64,000 bases of DNA, taken from NCBI GenBank assembly GCA_027493405.1, contig JAOSKV010000001.1, forward strand, positions 1,196,355-1,260,354, in the 5' to 3' direction. The position numbers and the translations under genes are program-made. Positions within the stretch are counted from its first letter, which is position 1, and each line of letters starts with the position of its first letter. Shown piece after piece: positions 11,393-21,740 of the stretch. The DNA is from Xanthobacteraceae bacterium. GTDB taxonomy: Bacteria > Pseudomonadota > Alphaproteobacteria > Rhizobiales > Xanthobacteraceae. Below the pieces are notes generated by a model. The model was given only the letters and a program-made list of their open reading frames with translations, did not search any database and had not been told where the DNA came from.

Positions 11393-12238
11393 ATGGCCGA
11401 GGCCCATACCAAGAAACACGACTACCACCTCGTCGACCCGAGTCCCTGGCCGGCCGTCGGGGCGACCTCGGCCTTCGTCCTGGCCGTCGGGCTGATCGCC
11501 TGGATGCACAAGATGTTTCCCGGCGCCGTGCTGGTGCTGATCGCGGGCGGCCTCGGCGTCGCCTACACGATGATCGGCTGGTGGCGCGACGTGATCCGGG
11601 AGGCCGAGCACGAGGGCTACCACACCCGCGTCGTGCAGATCTCGCATCGCTACGGCATGATCCTGTTCATCGCCTCGGAGGTGATGTTCTTCGTCGCCTG
11701 GTTCTGGGCCTATTTCTCGACCGCCCTGTTCCCCGACGACATGCACCAGGTGATGCGCACCGAGCTCCTCGGCGGCGTCTGGCCGCCCAAGGGGATCGAG
11801 ACCTTCGATCCCTGGCACCTGCCGCTGCTCAACACCCTGATCCTGCTGACCTCGGGCACCACCGTCACCTGGGCCCATCACGCGCTGCTGCACGACGACC
11901 GCGAGGGCGTGAAGTGGGGCCTGATCTGCACGATCGTGCTCGGCCTCCTGTTCACGGCCGTGCAGGCCTACGAGTACGGCCATGCCGCCTTCAACTACAG
12001 CGGCCACATCTACGGCGCGACCTTCTTCATGGCGACCGGCTTCCACGGCGCCCATGTCATCATCGGCACGATCTTCCTGATCGTCTGCCTGTTCCGGGCG
12101 CTCGCCGGCCATTTCAAGCCGGACCAGCATCTCGGCTTCGAGTTCGCGGCCTGGTACTGGCACTTCGTCGACGTGGTCTGGCTGTTCCTGTTCGCCTGCA
12201 TCTACGTCTGGGGCGCGGGAACGACGGCCGCGCATTGA
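11393..12238 (+). CDS. ctaE: cytochrome c oxidase subunit III
   Basis: [12 protein letters not shown] at the N-terminus; [14 protein letters not shown]; [16 protein letters not shown]. Confidence 0.93.
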   Translation: MAEAHTKKHDYHLVDPSPWPAVGATSAFVLAVGLIAWMHKMFPGAVLVLIAGGLGVAYTMIGWWRDVIREAEHEGYHTRVVQISHRYGMILFIASEVMFFVAWFWAYFSTALFPDDMHQVMRTELLGGVWPPKGIETFDPWHLPLLNTLILLTSGTTVTWAHHALLHDDREGVKWGLICTIVLGLLFTAVQAYEYGHAAFNYSGHIYGATFFMATGFHGAHVIIGTIFLIVCLFRALAGHFKPDQHLGFEFAAWYWHFVDVVWLFLFACIYVWGAGTTAAH

Positions 12239-12260
12239 GGTCGTCCGGTCGGGATCCGAG

Positions 12261-12283
12261 GGGGCGGCCAGGGCCGCCCCTTT
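12261..12283 (+). terminator. candidate intrinsic terminator after ctaE
   Basis: GGGGCGG-ccaggg-CCGCCCC followed by TTT. The U-tract is short. Confidence 0.4.
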
Positions 12284-12350
12284 CGCTTCCGGCGATCCGC
12301 GCATAGATGAGCATCGGCCGGCTCGATCAGGCCGCCGGCCGGGCATCGCC

Positions 12351-12734
12351 ATGACCGAAACCTCCTCGCCACCGCCCGTCTCGTCCGTGTCGGCCGGGCT
12401 CGCCGGGCGCTGTCCGCGCTGCGGCAAGGGCAGGCTGTTCTCGGGCTTCCTGGCCCTGCGGCCCGGCTGCGACTCCTGCGGCCTCGACTATTCCTTCGCG
12501 GATTCGGGCGACGGTCCCGCGATCTTCGTCATCCTCTTCGCCGGCTTCGTCGTCGTCATTCCGGCCCTGATCGTGGAGCTCGTCTACCAGCCGCCGTTCT
12601 GGCTCCATGCGGTGCTGTGGGGGCCGCTGATCCTGCTGGTCACTCTGGTGCCACTGCGCCTGCTCAAGGGCCTGCTCATCGCCCTGCAATATCGCCACGG
12701 CGCGGCCGAGGGGCGGCTCCGGGACCCGCGATGA
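12351..12734 (+). CDS. DUF983 domain-containing protein
   Basis: CPRCGKGRLFSGFLALRPGCDSCGLDYSFADSGDGPA followed by two TM segments. Confidence 0.85.
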   Translation: MTETSSPPPVSSVSAGLAGRCPRCGKGRLFSGFLALRPGCDSCGLDYSFADSGDGPAIFVILFAGFVVVIPALIVELVYQPPFWLHAVLWGPLILLVTLVPLRLLKGLLIALQYRHGAAEGRLRDPR

Positions 12735-13504
12735 CGGCCCGCGACCGGGCGTCGGCCGGGCGCCGCCGCGTCCTCGTCCCGCTGCTCTCGGCCGGCCTCG
12801 CCTTCGCGGTGCTGGTCGGGCTCGGCACCTGGCAGCTCGAACGGCGCGCCTGGAAGGAGGGCCTGATCGAGACCCTCTCGGAGCGCCTCGCCGCGCCGCC
12901 GGCCGCGCTTCCGCCGCCCGGGGCCTGGGCGCGGCTCGACCCGGCCGCCCACGAGTTCCGCCGCGTCGCCGTCCGCCTCGCGTTCCCCCGGCCCGACCAG
13001 GCCCTGGTCTACACGGTCGGATCGGCGCTGCGGCCCGACGTGAAGGGCGCCGGCCACTGGGTCGTGGCGCTCGGCGAGGCCGCGGGAGGCCGGCTGCTGG
13101 TGAACCGCGGCTTCCTGCCCCGGTCGGCCGAGGGCGGGCCCCAGGCGCCGCCGCCCCCGCCGGCCGGCCCGGTCGACGTGGTCGGGGTGCTCCGATGGCC
13201 CGAGGCCCGCGGCTGGTTCACGCCCGCCGACGACCCGGGGCGCAATCTCTGGTTCACGCGTGACCCTGCTGCGATTGCAGCGGGCAAGAATTGGGGCCCG
13301 GTCGCCCCCTTCGATCTCGAGCTGGAAGCGCCGGAACCCCCCGGCGGGCGGCTGCAGGCCGGCCCCTTGCGGGCCAGCCTGCCGAACAATCATCTCCAAT
13401 ATGCTCTCACCTGGTATGGTATTGCCGCCATGTTAGTGATTGTTACTGCGACATTTCTTGTCACGGAGTGGCAGAATCGCCGCGCCGGGCCCGATTCAGC
13501 ATGA
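12731..13504 (+). CDS. SURF1 family cytochrome oxidase biogenesis protein
   Basis: The ATG overlaps the DUF983 stop (ATGA). N-terminal TM then GTWQLERRAWKEGLI; C-terminal NNHLQYALTWYGIA plus a TM. Confidence 0.88.
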   Translation: MTARDRASAGRRRVLVPLLSAGLAFAVLVGLGTWQLERRAWKEGLIETLSERLAAPPAALPPPGAWARLDPAAHEFRRVAVRLAFPRPDQALVYTVGSALRPDVKGAGHWVVALGEAAGGRLLVNRGFLPRSAEGGPQAPPPPPAGPVDVVGVLRWPEARGWFTPADDPGRNLWFTRDPAAIAAGKNWGPVAPFDLELEAPEPPGGRLQAGPLRASLPNNHLQYALTWYGIAAMLVIVTATFLVTEWQNRRAGPDSA

Positions 13505-13583
13505 CGCATCCGCGTGCCGCCGATTTCCTTGTGAACCCCGCGGCGGCCGACTAGTGTCCGAGCTTCAGGCCAGGAAAAGCACC

Positions 13584-14999
13584 GTGCGCTACGTGTCCAC
13601 CCGGGGCGAGGCCCCTCAACTCGGATTCGTCGATGCGACGCTCGCGGGTCTCGCCCGCGACGGCGGGCTCTACGTGCCCGAGAGCTGGCCGACGCTGAGC
13701 GAGGAGCAGATCGCCGCCTTCGCGGGGCGCCCCTATGCGGAAGTCGCCGTCGAGGTGCTCGCGCCGTTCGTCGGCGGCGCGATCACGGGCCACGATCTCT
13801 CCCGCATGGCGCGCGAGGCCTATGACGGCTTCCGCCACCCCGCGGTGGCGCCCTTGGTCCAGCTCGCACCCTCGACCTTCGTGCTCGAGCTCTTCCACGG
13901 CCCGACGCTCGCCTTCAAGGATCTGGCGATGCAGCTGCTCGCGCGGCTGATGGACCACGCGCTGGCGCTGCGCGGCGAGCGCGCCACCATCGTCGGCGCG
14001 ACCTCCGGCGATACCGGCGGCGCCGCCGTCGAGGCGTTCCGCGGGCGCAGCCAGGTCGACGTGGTGGTGCTCTATCCGCACGGCCGCATCTCCGAGGTGC
14101 AGCGGCGGATGATGACCACCCCGGGCGACGCCAACGTGCATGCCGTCGCGGTCGAGGGGACCTTCGACGACTGCCAGGCGATCGTGAAGGGCCTGTTCAA
14201 TCACCACGCGTTCCGCGACCGCGTCCGGCTCTCCGGCGTCAACTCGATCAACTGGGCGCGCATCGTCGCGCAGGTCGTCTACTACTTCACGGCGGCGGTC
14301 GCCCTCGGCGCGCCCCGCCGCAAGGTCGCCTTCACGGTCCCGACCGGGAATTTCGGCGACGTGTTCGCGGGTTATGTCGCGACCCGCATGGGCCTGCCGG
14401 TCGAGCGGCTCGGCATCGCGACCAATGTCAACGACATCCTGGCCCGCACGCTGGAGAGCGGCCACTACGAGCTGCGCGACGTCGTCGCCACCGACTCGCC
14501 CTCCATGGACATCCAGGTCTCGTCCAACTTCGAGCGGCTGCTGTTCGACGCCTGCCGGCGCGACGCCCGCGCGGTCCGCGCCATGATGGCCTCGCTCGCC
14601 CAGTCGCGGCGCTTCTCGATCCCCTCCGAGGCCCTGGCCGAGATCCGCGCCCGCTTCACCGCGGATCGCGCCGGGCGCGAGGAGACCGCCGCCACCATCC
14701 GCACGGTGCGCAAGGAAACCGGCTACCTGCTCGATCCGCACACCGCGGTCGGACTCGCGGTGGCCGAGAAGGAGCCGCGCGACCGGGCGGTCCCGATGAT
14801 CGTGCTCGCGACCGCGCATCCCGCCAAGTTCCCCGACGCGGTGCGTGCCGCCTGCGGCGTCACGCCGGAGCTTCCCGACTGGCTCTCGGACCTCGCCCGG
14901 CGCGAGGAGCGCGTCACCCGATTGCCGGCCGACCAGGGCGCGGTCGAGCGTTACATCATGGCGGCGAGCCGGGCCGCGCAAGAAGGAGCGGCCGCATGA
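13584..14999 (+). CDS. thrC: threonine synthase
   Basis: (V)RYVSTRGEAPQLGF...HGPTLAFKDLAMQLL (PLP lysine). Start is GTG at 13584, with an alternative GTG at 13554. The ORF track start at 13440 adds an implausible leader. Confidence 0.9.
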   Translation: MRYVSTRGEAPQLGFVDATLAGLARDGGLYVPESWPTLSEEQIAAFAGRPYAEVAVEVLAPFVGGAITGHDLSRMAREAYDGFRHPAVAPLVQLAPSTFVLELFHGPTLAFKDLAMQLLARLMDHALALRGERATIVGATSGDTGGAAVEAFRGRSQVDVVVLYPHGRISEVQRRMMTTPGDANVHAVAVEGTFDDCQAIVKGLFNHHAFRDRVRLSGVNSINWARIVAQVVYYFTAAVALGAPRRKVAFTVPTGNFGDVFAGYVATRMGLPVERLGIATNVNDILARTLESGHYELRDVVATDSPSMDIQVSSNFERLLFDACRRDARAVRAMMASLAQSRRFSIPSEALAEIRARFTADRAGREETAATIRTVRKETGYLLDPHTAVGLAVAEKEPRDRAVPMIVLATAHPAKFPDAVRAACGVTPELPDWLSDLARREERVTRLPADQGAVERYIMAASRAAQEGAAA

Positions 15000-16267
15000 C
15001 TGTCGAGGTGACGCGCTTGAACTCGGGCCTGGCGATCGTGACCGACGCCATGCCGCATCTCGAGACCGCCTCGCTCGGCGTCTGGGCCGGTTGCGGCAGC
15101 CGCGACGAGCAGGCGGACGAGCACGGCATCGCCCATCTCCTCGAGCACATGGCCTTCAAGGGCACCTCGCGCCGCTCCGCGCGCCAGATCGCCGAGGAGA
15201 TCGAGGCCGTGGGCGGCGACATCAACGCCGCGACCAGCGCCGAGACCACCGCCTATTACGCGCGCATGTTGCGCGAGGACGTGCCGCTCGCCCTCGACAT
15301 CCTCTCCGACATCCTCGCGGACCCGACCTTCGATCCGCTCGAGCTCGCGCGCGAGAAGAACGTGATCGTGCAGGAGATCGGCGCCACCGAGGACGCGCCC
15401 GACGAGCTCGTCTACGACTACCTCCAGACCGTCGCCTTCCCGGGCCAGTCGGTGGGCCGCTCGATCCTGGGCACGCCCGAGACCGTGCGCTCCTTCGACT
15501 CGGCGCGGCTGCGCACCTATCTCGACCGCAACTACCGCGCCCCCGACATGGTGGTGGTCGCGGCGGGCGCCGTCGAGCATGTCCGCATCGTCGAGGAGGC
15601 CTCGCGCCGCTTCGCCTCCTTCAACGGCCCGGTCGCGCCGGTGCCGGAGCCCGCGCGCTTCTCGGGCGGCGCGCGCATCGAGGTGCGCGACCTCGAGCAG
15701 GCGCATATCGCCTGCGCGCTCGAGGGCGTGTCGCTCGGCGACGACCAGCTCTACAGCCTGCAGGTCTTCACCAACGTCCTGGGCGGCGGGATGTCCTCGC
15801 GCCTGTTCCAGGAGATCCGCGAGAAGCGCGGGCTCTGCTACGCGATCTACGCCTTCCATGCGCCCTATGCGGACACCGGCCTGTTCGGCATCTATGCCGG
15901 CACCGACGCCGCCGACGTGCCGGAGCTCATGAACGTGGTGGTGAGCGAGATCGGCGAGGCGGCCGACTCCGTGACCGAGGTCGAGATCGCCCGCGCCAAG
16001 GCGCAGATGAAGGCCGGCCTGTTGATGGCGCTCGAGAGCTCCGGCGCCCGCGCCGAGCAGATCGCGCGCCAGATGATCGCCTTCGGGCGCCCCATCCCGC
16101 TCGAGGAGGTGGTCGCCAAGGTCGACGCCGTCACGATCGAGAGCGCCCGGGCGGCGGGCCGGGCCCTGATCGCCCGCAGCCGGCCCGCGGTCGCGGTGCT
16201 CGGCCCCGGCCGCGGCCTTGAAAGGGCGGCCGTGATCGCGGAAAGTCTCGGCCGTCGCGCCGCCTGA
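14996..16267 (+). CDS. M16 family zinc metallopeptidase (pitrilysin/processing-protease-like)
   Basis: HxxEH zinc motif in GIAHLLEHMAFKGT. The ATG overlaps the thrC stop (ATGA). AGAAGGAG RBS. Confidence 0.9.
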   Translation: MTVEVTRLNSGLAIVTDAMPHLETASLGVWAGCGSRDEQADEHGIAHLLEHMAFKGTSRRSARQIAEEIEAVGGDINAATSAETTAYYARMLREDVPLALDILSDILADPTFDPLELAREKNVIVQEIGATEDAPDELVYDYLQTVAFPGQSVGRSILGTPETVRSFDSARLRTYLDRNYRAPDMVVVAAGAVEHVRIVEEASRRFASFNGPVAPVPEPARFSGGARIEVRDLEQAHIACALEGVSLGDDQLYSLQVFTNVLGGGMSSRLFQEIREKRGLCYAIYAFHAPYADTGLFGIYAGTDAADVPELMNVVVSEIGEAADSVTEVEIARAKAQMKAGLLMALESSGARAEQIARQMIAFGRPIPLEEVVAKVDAVTIESARAAGRALIARSRPAVAVLGPGRGLERAAVIAESLGRRAA

Positions 16268-16314
16268 AGTCCCAGAACCCTCCTGCGCCGGCGGCGTTGT
16301 TGCCGGCGAACGCC

Positions 16315-16902
16315 ATGGCCTTCTTTCGCACCGTCAGCTTCTCGGAGCCGCTCCCCGTCGTCGAGGGCGATGGCGTCTATCTGCGCGCGCCGCAGATGAA
16401 CGACTACGGCGACTGGGCGGAGCTGCGCGAGTCGAGCCGCGCGTTCCTCACCCCCTGGGAGCCGACCTGGCCGGCCGACGACCTCACCCGCGGCGCCTTC
16501 CGCCGGCGGCTGCGCCGCTACGCCGAGGACCTTCGAACGGACCAGTCCTATCCGTTCTTCCTGTTCCGCCGCGCCGACCACGTGCTGGTTGGCGGCGTGA
16601 CCCTCGCCAACATCCGTCGCGGCGTCGCCCAGGCCGGCAGCGTCGGCTACTGGATGGGGGCGCGCCACGCCGGGCAGGGGCAGATGACCCGCGGCCTGCG
16701 CGCGCTCATTCCCTTCGCATTCGCGACGCTGCGGCTGCACCGCCTGGAGGCGGCCTGCATCCCGAGCAACGCCGCCTCGATCCGGCTCCTGGAGAAGACC
16801 GGATTCACGCGCGAGGGCTATGCGCGCGAGTATCTCTGCATCAACGGCCTCTGGCAGGACCACCTGCTGTTCGCGCAGCTGGCCGGCGATCTGCGCCGCT
16901 GA
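16315..16902 (+). CDS. GNAT family N-acetyltransferase (RimJ/RimL-like)
   Basis: ...GSVGYWMGARHAGQGQMTRGLRAL...LHRLEAACIPSNAASIRLLEKTGFTREG. ATG at 16315, with an alternative TTG at 16297. Confidence 0.85.
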   Translation: MAFFRTVSFSEPLPVVEGDGVYLRAPQMNDYGDWAELRESSRAFLTPWEPTWPADDLTRGAFRRRLRRYAEDLRTDQSYPFFLFRRADHVLVGGVTLANIRRGVAQAGSVGYWMGARHAGQGQMTRGLRALIPFAFATLRLHRLEAACIPSNAASIRLLEKTGFTREGYAREYLCINGLWQDHLLFAQLAGDLRR

Positions 16903-17023
16903 GGCGCGCGATTCCGGTGACCCGACAAGGCGATGGGCCGCATCCATGCCTTGGGCCGGCCACGGTTCGCCTGCTATAAGCCGCATCGGGACGGCCTCAT
17001 CGGGAACGGGGCGAGGGCGAATC

Positions 17024-17707
17024 ATGTTCTGCGTAACGACCGACCAGACGCGGCTTCCGGCACGCGGAATCGCCGTCGCCGTGCTCGGCCTCGCGCTCGC
17101 GGGCTGCGGCGCGGGCGGCGGCCTCTCCGGCTCCTCCTCCGCCGGCAGCAGTTCCGGGAGCTTCACGGACCGCATGAGCGCGGCCTTGTTCGGGCCGCCC
17201 GCCGGGTCCGGCGACCCGGCCGCGGCCGGCACCCCGACGCCGGCCGAGCCGGATTGTCCCGGCGTCGACATCCGCGCCGGCGGCGCGACGCTTGCCGTCA
17301 ACCAGCCGGGCGCCGAGGCGACGCCGATGACGCTGCGCTACCAGGCCTCCCTCGGGCGCACCGCCCGCGAATGCGCGAGCCTCGGTGCCACCATGACGAT
17401 CAAGGTCGGCGTCGAGGGCCGGATCGTGGTCGGGCCCGCCGGGGCGCCGGGCCAGACGGAGCTGCCGCTGCGCTACAGCCTCGTCAAGGAAGGCGCGCAG
17501 CCGCGCACCATCCTGACCAAGTTCCACCGCGTGCCGGTGTCGATCGCGCCCGGGCAGGGCAATATCGGCTTCGTGCATGTCGAGGAGGACCTCACCTTCC
17601 CGGTGCCGCCCGGCGAGGAGCTGTTGAGCTATGTGGTCTATGTCGGCTTCGACCCCGAGGGCCTGAAGGAGCGCCCGGTCGCCAAGCGCCGCGCGCCGCG
17701 CAGGTAG
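17024..17707 (+). CDS. lipoprotein, function unknown
   Basis: Signal peptide with lipobox VLGLALAGC, followed by a Gly/Ser/Pro-rich linker and a beta-rich domain. Confidence 0.75.
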   Translation: MFCVTTDQTRLPARGIAVAVLGLALAGCGAGGGLSGSSSAGSSSGSFTDRMSAALFGPPAGSGDPAAAGTPTPAEPDCPGVDIRAGGATLAVNQPGAEATPMTLRYQASLGRTARECASLGATMTIKVGVEGRIVVGPAGAPGQTELPLRYSLVKEGAQPRTILTKFHRVPVSIAPGQGNIGFVHVEEDLTFPVPPGEELLSYVVYVGFDPEGLKERPVAKRRAPRR

Positions 17708-17766
17708 CCCGCCCCGACCGCGCGCTCCCTCCCGCGCCTTGACCCCGGCGGCGCCCGGGTCCGATA

Positions 17767-17784
17767 TTTCTGTCATGACAGAAA
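17767..17784. promoter_or_regulatory. perfect 18-bp palindrome TTTCTGTCATGACAGAAA centred on the regulator start codon (candidate operator)
   Basis: The sequence equals its own reverse complement. The dyad centre falls within the ATG at 17775. Confidence 0.5.
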
Positions 17785-18344
17785 CGCGCGGCCAGAGCCG
17801 GGAGCTTCCGCTCGCCATCGAGCGCTTCGTGCTGCACTGGGGCGACATGGGCGGGCGCTGGGGCGTCAACCGCTCGATCGGCCAGATCCATGCCGTGCTC
17901 TATCTCGCGGACGCGCCGATGACCGCCGAGGACATCGCCGACACGCTCGGCATGGCGCGTTCCAACGTGTCGAGCTCGCTCAAGGAGCTTCTCGCCTGGA
18001 ATCTGATCCGCCGCGTGCCCATCAAGGGCGACCGGCGCGACCACTATGCGGCCGAGACCGACATCTGGGAAGTGTTCACGCGGATCACGGCGGGCCGCAA
18101 GGAGCGCGAGATCGATCCGGCCGTCGTCGTCCTGCGCGACTGTGTCGCCGAGGCGCAGCGCGACCCGACGGTCCCCGCGGTCGCGACCGAGCGCCTGAAG
18201 GCCATGCTCGCCTTCATCGAGATGATGGAGCGCTGGTATGCGCAGATGCTGAAGGTCCCGCGTCCGCAGCTCGCCGCCCTGGTTCGGCTCGGCAGCAAGG
18301 TGCTCCACATGCTCCCGGCGCGGCGTCAGCGGCGCGCGAGATAG
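17775..18344 (+). CDS. GbsR/MarR-family transcriptional regulator
   Basis: RFVLHWGDMGGRWGVNRSIGQIHAVLYLADAPMTAEDIADTLGMARSNVSSSLKELLAWNLI (winged HTH of the GbsR type). Confidence 0.85.
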   Translation: MTETRGQSRELPLAIERFVLHWGDMGGRWGVNRSIGQIHAVLYLADAPMTAEDIADTLGMARSNVSSSLKELLAWNLIRRVPIKGDRRDHYAAETDIWEVFTRITAGRKEREIDPAVVVLRDCVAEAQRDPTVPAVATERLKAMLAFIEMMERWYAQMLKVPRPQLAALVRLGSKVLHMLPARRQRRAR

Positions 18345-19273
18345 CGCTTCTCCAGCATCGCGTGCACGCCCTTGTTGCCGTTGACGACCTGGGTGACCCG
18401 CAGGTCCGCGGCGAGGCTGCACAGCGAGTAGGCGTCCTCGCGCGCAAGGCCGGTCCGCTCGCAGACGAGCCGGATCATGTCGCGCAGCGCGATGGTGACG
18501 CACTGGTCGAGATCCGGATCGAACCCCATGGTGATCATGTGGGTCGCGGTCTCGGCACGCGGCCAGTCGAGCCGCAGGTCGTCGCGAAGGTGCAGCTCGA
18601 AGGTGCCGACCAGGCCGGTCTCGATCGCCGTGATGCAGACCTCGCCGTCGCCTTGCGCGCCGTGGCCGTCGCCGGCCGAGAACAGCGCCCCGTCGACGTG
18701 GATCGGCAGGTAGAGCGTGGTGCCGGCGGTGAGCTCCTTGTTGTCGAGATTGCCGCCGTTCTGGCGGGGCGGCGCGGTCGAGACCGCGCCCCAGTCGCCG
18801 GGCGGCGCGACCGCCATCACGCCGAAGAACGGGCGCAGCGGGATCTCTCCGCCCCAGGCGAGCCGGCCGACCATGCGCGCGGCATCGAGGCCGATATGCG
18901 TCAGGTGGAAGGCGTCGAAATCGTCCGGCAGCGCGCCCGCGCCCGGGCGGATGAAGTTGTAGCCCCAGTCGTAGGCGAGCTCGATCTTGCGGATCCGCAC
19001 CTCCAGCACCTGCCCGGCCCTGGCGCCGCGCACCGCGACCGGCCCGGTGCAGATGTGCGGGCCGAGCTTGCGTTCCACCCGCGCATGGATCGCCGGCAGC
19101 GCCGGCGGGATCGTGAAGCCGCGTGCCGTCGCAGGCAAATGCTCCGGCGCGCCCGAGACGCTCGAGATCGTGACCGTGTCGCCGCTGTCGACGGTCAGCA
19201 CCGGCGCCAGCGTCGCGTCGAAGAAGCCCCAGTGCACGGTCTCGGGCGCGGCATCCAGGCGGTGGTGGGTCAT
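18326..19273 (-). CDS. acetamidase/formamidase family protein
   Basis: MTHHRLDAAPETVHWGFFD...CTGPVAVRGARAGQVLEV...GGNLDNKELTAGTTLYLPI...FSAGDGHGAQGDGEVC. Its 3' end overlaps the regulator gene by 19 nt (convergent). Confidence 0.88.
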   Translation of the reverse strand: MTHHRLDAAPETVHWGFFDATLAPVLTVDSGDTVTISSVSGAPEHLPATARGFTIPPALPAIHARVERKLGPHICTGPVAVRGARAGQVLEVRIRKIELAYDWGYNFIRPGAGALPDDFDAFHLTHIGLDAARMVGRLAWGGEIPLRPFFGVMAVAPPGDWGAVSTAPPRQNGGNLDNKELTAGTTLYLPIHVDGALFSAGDGHGAQGDGEVCITAIETGLVGTFELHLRDDLRLDWPRAETATHMITMGFDPDLDQCVTIALRDMIRLVCERTGLAREDAYSLCSLAADLRVTQVVNGNKGVHAMLEKRYLARR

Positions 19274-19472
19274 GGGAAAAGCTCTCGCGTGGGAGCCCAT
19301 TGATCACGACAGTCGCCGCGGCGCCAAGGCCACAGTGCTTCGCCGTGCATGATTTGTTCCCTGCGCGACGAAAGATGCCGGGCATCGTCGGCGAACGCGA
19401 TTTCCCTGCGCGGAAAATCCCGATACCATACCGACGTCGTCGCGAGAGAATCGCGGGGACCTGTCAGACGAA

Positions 19473-19650
19473 CCCTGCGGGAGAGACCGGTCCGTCCGGC
19501 GCCGAAGGCGCAACCGCCCCGGAAACGCTCAGGCAAAAGGACCGCAGGGGGATGACGCTCTGGAAAGCAGCCGCGCCCCGTCGGCGCGGCTCACCGACGG
19601 AGTAAGCTGCGCGGCCCGCCGCCCGGCGAAATCTCTCAGGTTCCGCGACA
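19473..19650 (+). promoter_or_regulatory. tandem glycine riboswitch (two aptamers) in the gcvT leader
   Basis: Aptamer 1 (19473-19549): CCCUGCGGGAGAG...CGCCGAAGGCGCAA...CUCAGGCAAAAGGACCGCAGGG. Aptamer 2 (about 19555-19650): CUCUGGAAAGC...CACCGACGGAGUAAGC...CUCAGGUUCCGCGACAGAG. A GC hairpin (19655-19686) and a GGAG RBS follow. Confidence 0.85.
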
Positions 19651-19704
19651 GAGGGGGCTCGGCCGGGCATCCGCCCGGGGGAGCCTGTCGTCAGCGGAGC
19701 CGTG

Positions 19705-20849
19705 ATGAGCGAGACCAAGACCCTCAGCCTGCAGCTGCTGCATACGCCGCTCCACGCGCTCCATCTCGCGCGCGGCGCCCGCATGGTGCCCTTCGCGGGC
19801 TACGAGATGCCGGTGCAGTATGCCGACGGCATCATCGCCGAGCACAACCACACGCGCGCGGCCGTCGGCCTGTTCGACGTCTCCCACATGGGCCAGGCCT
19901 TCCTGGTCGGCGCCGACCACGCGACGGCGGCGCGCGCGCGCTCGAGGCGCTCGTTCCGGCCGACATCCTCGGCCTCGCGCCGGGCCGCCAGCGCTATACC
20001 CAGCTCCTCGACGAGGAGGGCGGCATTCTCGACGACCTCATGGTGACCCGCCCGTCCGATCCGGACGAGGACGGCGTGCTGATGCTGGTCGTGAATGCCG
20101 CGCGCAAGGAGGACGATTTCGCTCATCTCGCGGCACGCCTTCCCGGCAACCTGCGGCTCCTGCGCGCCGACCATCGCGCGCTGCTCGCCGTGCAGGGGCC
20201 GAAGGCCGTGCAGGTCGTCTCGCGGCACTGTCCCGAGGCGGCCGCCATGGGCTTCATGAGCGCGGTCACGACCCGCTTCGACGGCATCGACTGCCACATC
20301 AGCCGCTCCGGCTACACGGGCGAGGACGGCTACGAGATCTCCTGCAAGGCGACGCGGGTGCGGGCGATCGCCGAGCGGCTGCTGGGTGAGCCGGGAGTGA
20401 AGCCGATCGGCCTCGGCGCCCGCGACTCGCTCCGCCTCGAGGCGGGTCTGTGCCTCTACGGGCACGACATCGATGCCACGACCTCGCCCGTGGAGGCGGC
20501 GCTCGCCTGGTCGATCCAGAAGCGGCGGCGCGAGGAGGGCGGCTTTCCGGGCGCCGCGCGCATCCGGCGCGAACTCGCCGAGGGGCCGGCGCGGCTGCGC
20601 GTCGGCATCAAGCCCGAGGGCCGGGCGCCGGCGCGCGAGGGGACCGAGATCCGCGCCGCCGACGGCACCGCGATCGGCCGCGTCACCTCGGGCGGCTTCG
20701 GCCCCACGGTCGAGGGGCCGGTCGCCATGGGCTACGTGGCGCGCGAGCATTCCGCGCCCGGCACGCCGGTCGTGCTCGTGGCGCGCGGCAAGGAGCTCGC
20801 GGCGCAAGTCGTGCCGCTTCCCTTCGTGCCCCACCGCTACGCCAGATGA
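19705..20849 (+). pseudogene. gcvT: glycine cleavage system aminomethyltransferase GcvT; frame break in a (GC)n run near 19925-19940
   Basis: The N-terminal part (ORF 19702..20046) reads ...[24 protein letters not shown] and then nonsense. The frame of ORF 20040..20849 already reads [37 protein letters not shown]... upstream of its Met. Confidence 0.88.
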
Positions 20850-20862
20850 TCGAGGAGCCGCC

Positions 20863-21237
20863 ATGGCCAAGCGCTACACCAAGGATCACGAGTGGATCGA
20901 GGTCGACGGCGACGTCGCCGTCGTCGGCATCAGCGACTATGCCCAGTCGCAGCTCGGCGACGTCGTCTATGTCGAGTTGCCCGAGGTCGGCAAGACCGTG
21001 AGCAAGGGCGCGGAGGCCGCGGTGGTCGAATCCGTCAAGGCCGCGAGCGAGGTCTACGCGCCGGCCGGCGGCGAGGTGGTCGGCGTCAACGAGGCGCTCG
21101 GCGGCGCGCCCGCCACCGTCAACGAGGATGCCGAGGGCAAGGGCTGGTTCCTGAAGCTGAAGCTCGCGAACGCCGCCGAGCTCGACGACCTGATGAGCCC
21201 CGACCAATACAAGGAATTCGTCGCCTCGCTCGCCTGA
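20863..21237 (+). CDS. gcvH: glycine cleavage system H protein
   Basis: [24 protein letters not shown]...[13 protein letters not shown] (lipoyl-lysine motif). GAGGAG RBS. Confidence 0.93.
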   Translation: MAKRYTKDHEWIEVDGDVAVVGISDYAQSQLGDVVYVELPEVGKTVSKGAEAAVVESVKAASEVYAPAGGEVVGVNEALGGAPATVNEDAEGKGWFLKLKLANAAELDDLMSPDQYKEFVASLA

Positions 21238-21247
21238 GGTCATCCGC

Positions 21248-21727
21248 ATGGCCCACGACTATCGTGCCAGCGTGCGCTGGACCCGCGCCGGCGCCGTCTT
21301 CACCGACAACCGCTACAGCCGCGGCCACGTCTGGCGCTTCGACGGCGGCGTCGAGGTGCCGGCCTCCTCGTCGCCCGCAAGCGTGCGGCCGCCCTATTCG
21401 CTGGCCGAGGCGGTCGACCCCGAGGAGGCGCTGGTCGCGGCGGTGTCGAGCTGCCACATGCTGTTCTTCCTCGCATTCGCGGCGCAGGCCGGCCTGGTGG
21501 TCGACACCTACGAGGACGAGGCGGTCGGCACCATGACGAAGAACCCGCAGGGCAAGCTCTACGTCTCCGACGTGGTGCTGAGGCCGGCGATCGTCTTCTC
21601 CGGCGCGAAGCGGCCGACGGCCGGCGAGGTCGAGGCGCTGCATCATCGCAGCCACGAGGAATGCTACATCGCGAACTCGATCCGCGCAGCCGTGCGGGTC
21701 GAGGCGCCCGCCTTCGGCTTCGCATGA
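21248..21727 (+). CDS. OsmC family protein
   Basis: 159 aa. [17 protein letters not shown]...HEECYIANS has the two-Cys layout of OsmC/Ohr-like proteins. It sits between gcvH and gcvPA. Confidence 0.75.
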   Translation: MAHDYRASVRWTRAGAVFTDNRYSRGHVWRFDGGVEVPASSSPASVRPPYSLAEAVDPEEALVAAVSSCHMLFFLAFAAQAGLVVDTYEDEAVGTMTKNPQGKLYVSDVVLRPAIVFSGAKRPTAGEVEALHHRSHEECYIANSIRAAVRVEAPAFGFA

Positions 21728-21740
21728 ATCGGAGAGGCCC

